This document shows, one piece after another, positions 63,346-64,000 of a stretch of 64,000 nt of DNA. Each line of letters starts with the position of its first letter. The stretch's first letter is position 1. The notes below the pieces were generated by a model. It searched no databases. It saw nothing but the letters and a program-made list of their open reading frames with translations, and was not told where the DNA came from. This DNA comes from Planctomycetota bacterium (lineage in GTDB: Bacteria > Planctomycetota > UBA1135 > GCA-002686595). The stretch is from positions 3,417 to 67,416 of the forward strand of contig JARGPD010000003.1 of assembly GCA_029212845.1 (NCBI GenBank). The letters are read 5' to 3'. The position numbers and the translations under genes were made by a program.

Positions 63346-64000
63346 TCAGCGCAGCGCGCGGCGCCGCGCCCAGGGCCCAACGATGGCCCTCGGCCGGCCA
63401 ATCAGGCTGCTGGCCTGGACCGGACCCCACAGGCGACTGTCGGCGCTGTCGGCCGAGTTGTCACCCAGGAGGAAGTACTCGCTGGGTCCGAGGTCGAGGG
63501 ATTCGGCCACCGCGTAGGTCCCGAGGGGCAGCCAGAGCCGGTCGCGGGTCACCCGCAGGTGGCGCAAGGAGAGGTCTCCCGACGCGCCGCCCACCGCGAC
63601 CCGGGCGGCCACGCTGCTGCGGTCCTCGGGCAGGATGCCGTTGTAGGGCAGGTTCGCCTGGTAGGTCGCCACCAGCTCGACCAGGGACTTGCCCGTCGAT
63701 GGGGCGCTGACCGCAGCCATCAGGTGGTTGTCGATGTTCGAGAAGTCCAGTCGAAGCCAGTCCCCGCGCTCTTCGGCCGTCGCGGTGAAAGGCACCCTGG
63801 CCAGCTCCTCGCCGCCGGGGTCGCGCACCAGCAGCAGCTCGAGCGCGCCGGTCTCGGTCGTGCCCAAGCTCAGCTCGAACAGGTCGCCCTCTTCGACGAG
63901 GCGCGCGCGCAGGAGCGAGGCCGGCTCTTCGAGGCGAAACTCGACCGAGACTCCGCCGTCGTTGGCCGCCTGGGTCCCCGGATCCAGGCTGCCGTCGGCC
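63346..64000 (-). CDS. lepB: Signal peptidase I, C-terminal part (5' end outside the window)
   Basis: YFLLGDNSADSADSRLWGPV (Box E); the frame stays open to the window edge; large beta-rich insert. Confidence 0.85.
   Translation of the reverse strand, partial: ADGSLDPGTQAANDGGVSVEFRLEEPASLLRARLVEEGDLFELSLGTTETGALELLLVRDPGGEELARVPFTATAEERGDWLRLDFSNIDNHLMAAVSAPSTGKSLVELVATYQANLPYNGILPEDRSSVAARVAVGGASGDLSLRHLRVTRDRLWLPLGTYAVAESLDLGPSEYFLLGDNSADSADSRLWGPVQASSLIGRPRAIVGPWARRRALR

Noticed and set aside
1..64000. CRISPR arrays, rRNA, prophage or defence systems
   Set aside because: No regularly spaced direct repeats, rRNA-like segments, or phage/defence gene motifs were seen; the repeated DNA in 1-15093 reflects paralogous coding motifs such as GSLEVGK.AD.

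Overview
A high-GC bacterial chromosomal window. Its gene content (TIGR02999-type ECF sigma factor next to a Ser/Thr kinase, a signal peptidase I with a large insert, many exported orphan proteins) suggests Planctomycetota; this is an inference. Main blocks: (1) 1-15093, minus strand: an unbroken, tightly coupled array of at least 11 signal-peptide-bearing amidohydrolase-superfamily genes (12 domains), still running off the left edge. Only four central members keep the full metal-binding site; the rest look like pseudoenzymes. (2) 16090-31974: nucleoside/pentose catabolism (rpiB, deoC, purine and pyrimidine nucleoside phosphorylases, nupC, deoB, a divergent transketolase). RpiB and DeoC carry microcompartment-type N-terminal extensions, and an isolated pduS-pduT microcompartment pair lies at 37219-39089, suggesting a dispersed sugar-phosphate-utilisation (SPU-like) microcompartment. 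(3) Three ECF sigma modules, two with anti-sigma factors built from four tandem helical repeats and with candidate autoregulatory promoters. (4) Housekeeping and accessory genes: mltA, MOSC protein, SDRs, malic enzyme, split glutaminase plus nadE, tRNA-Arg(CCG), GT4 glycosyltransferase, purF, mnmH/selU, partial lepB, an IS3-family remnant and a DUF1761 pseudogene. All calls come from reading motifs by eye; no database searches were run.
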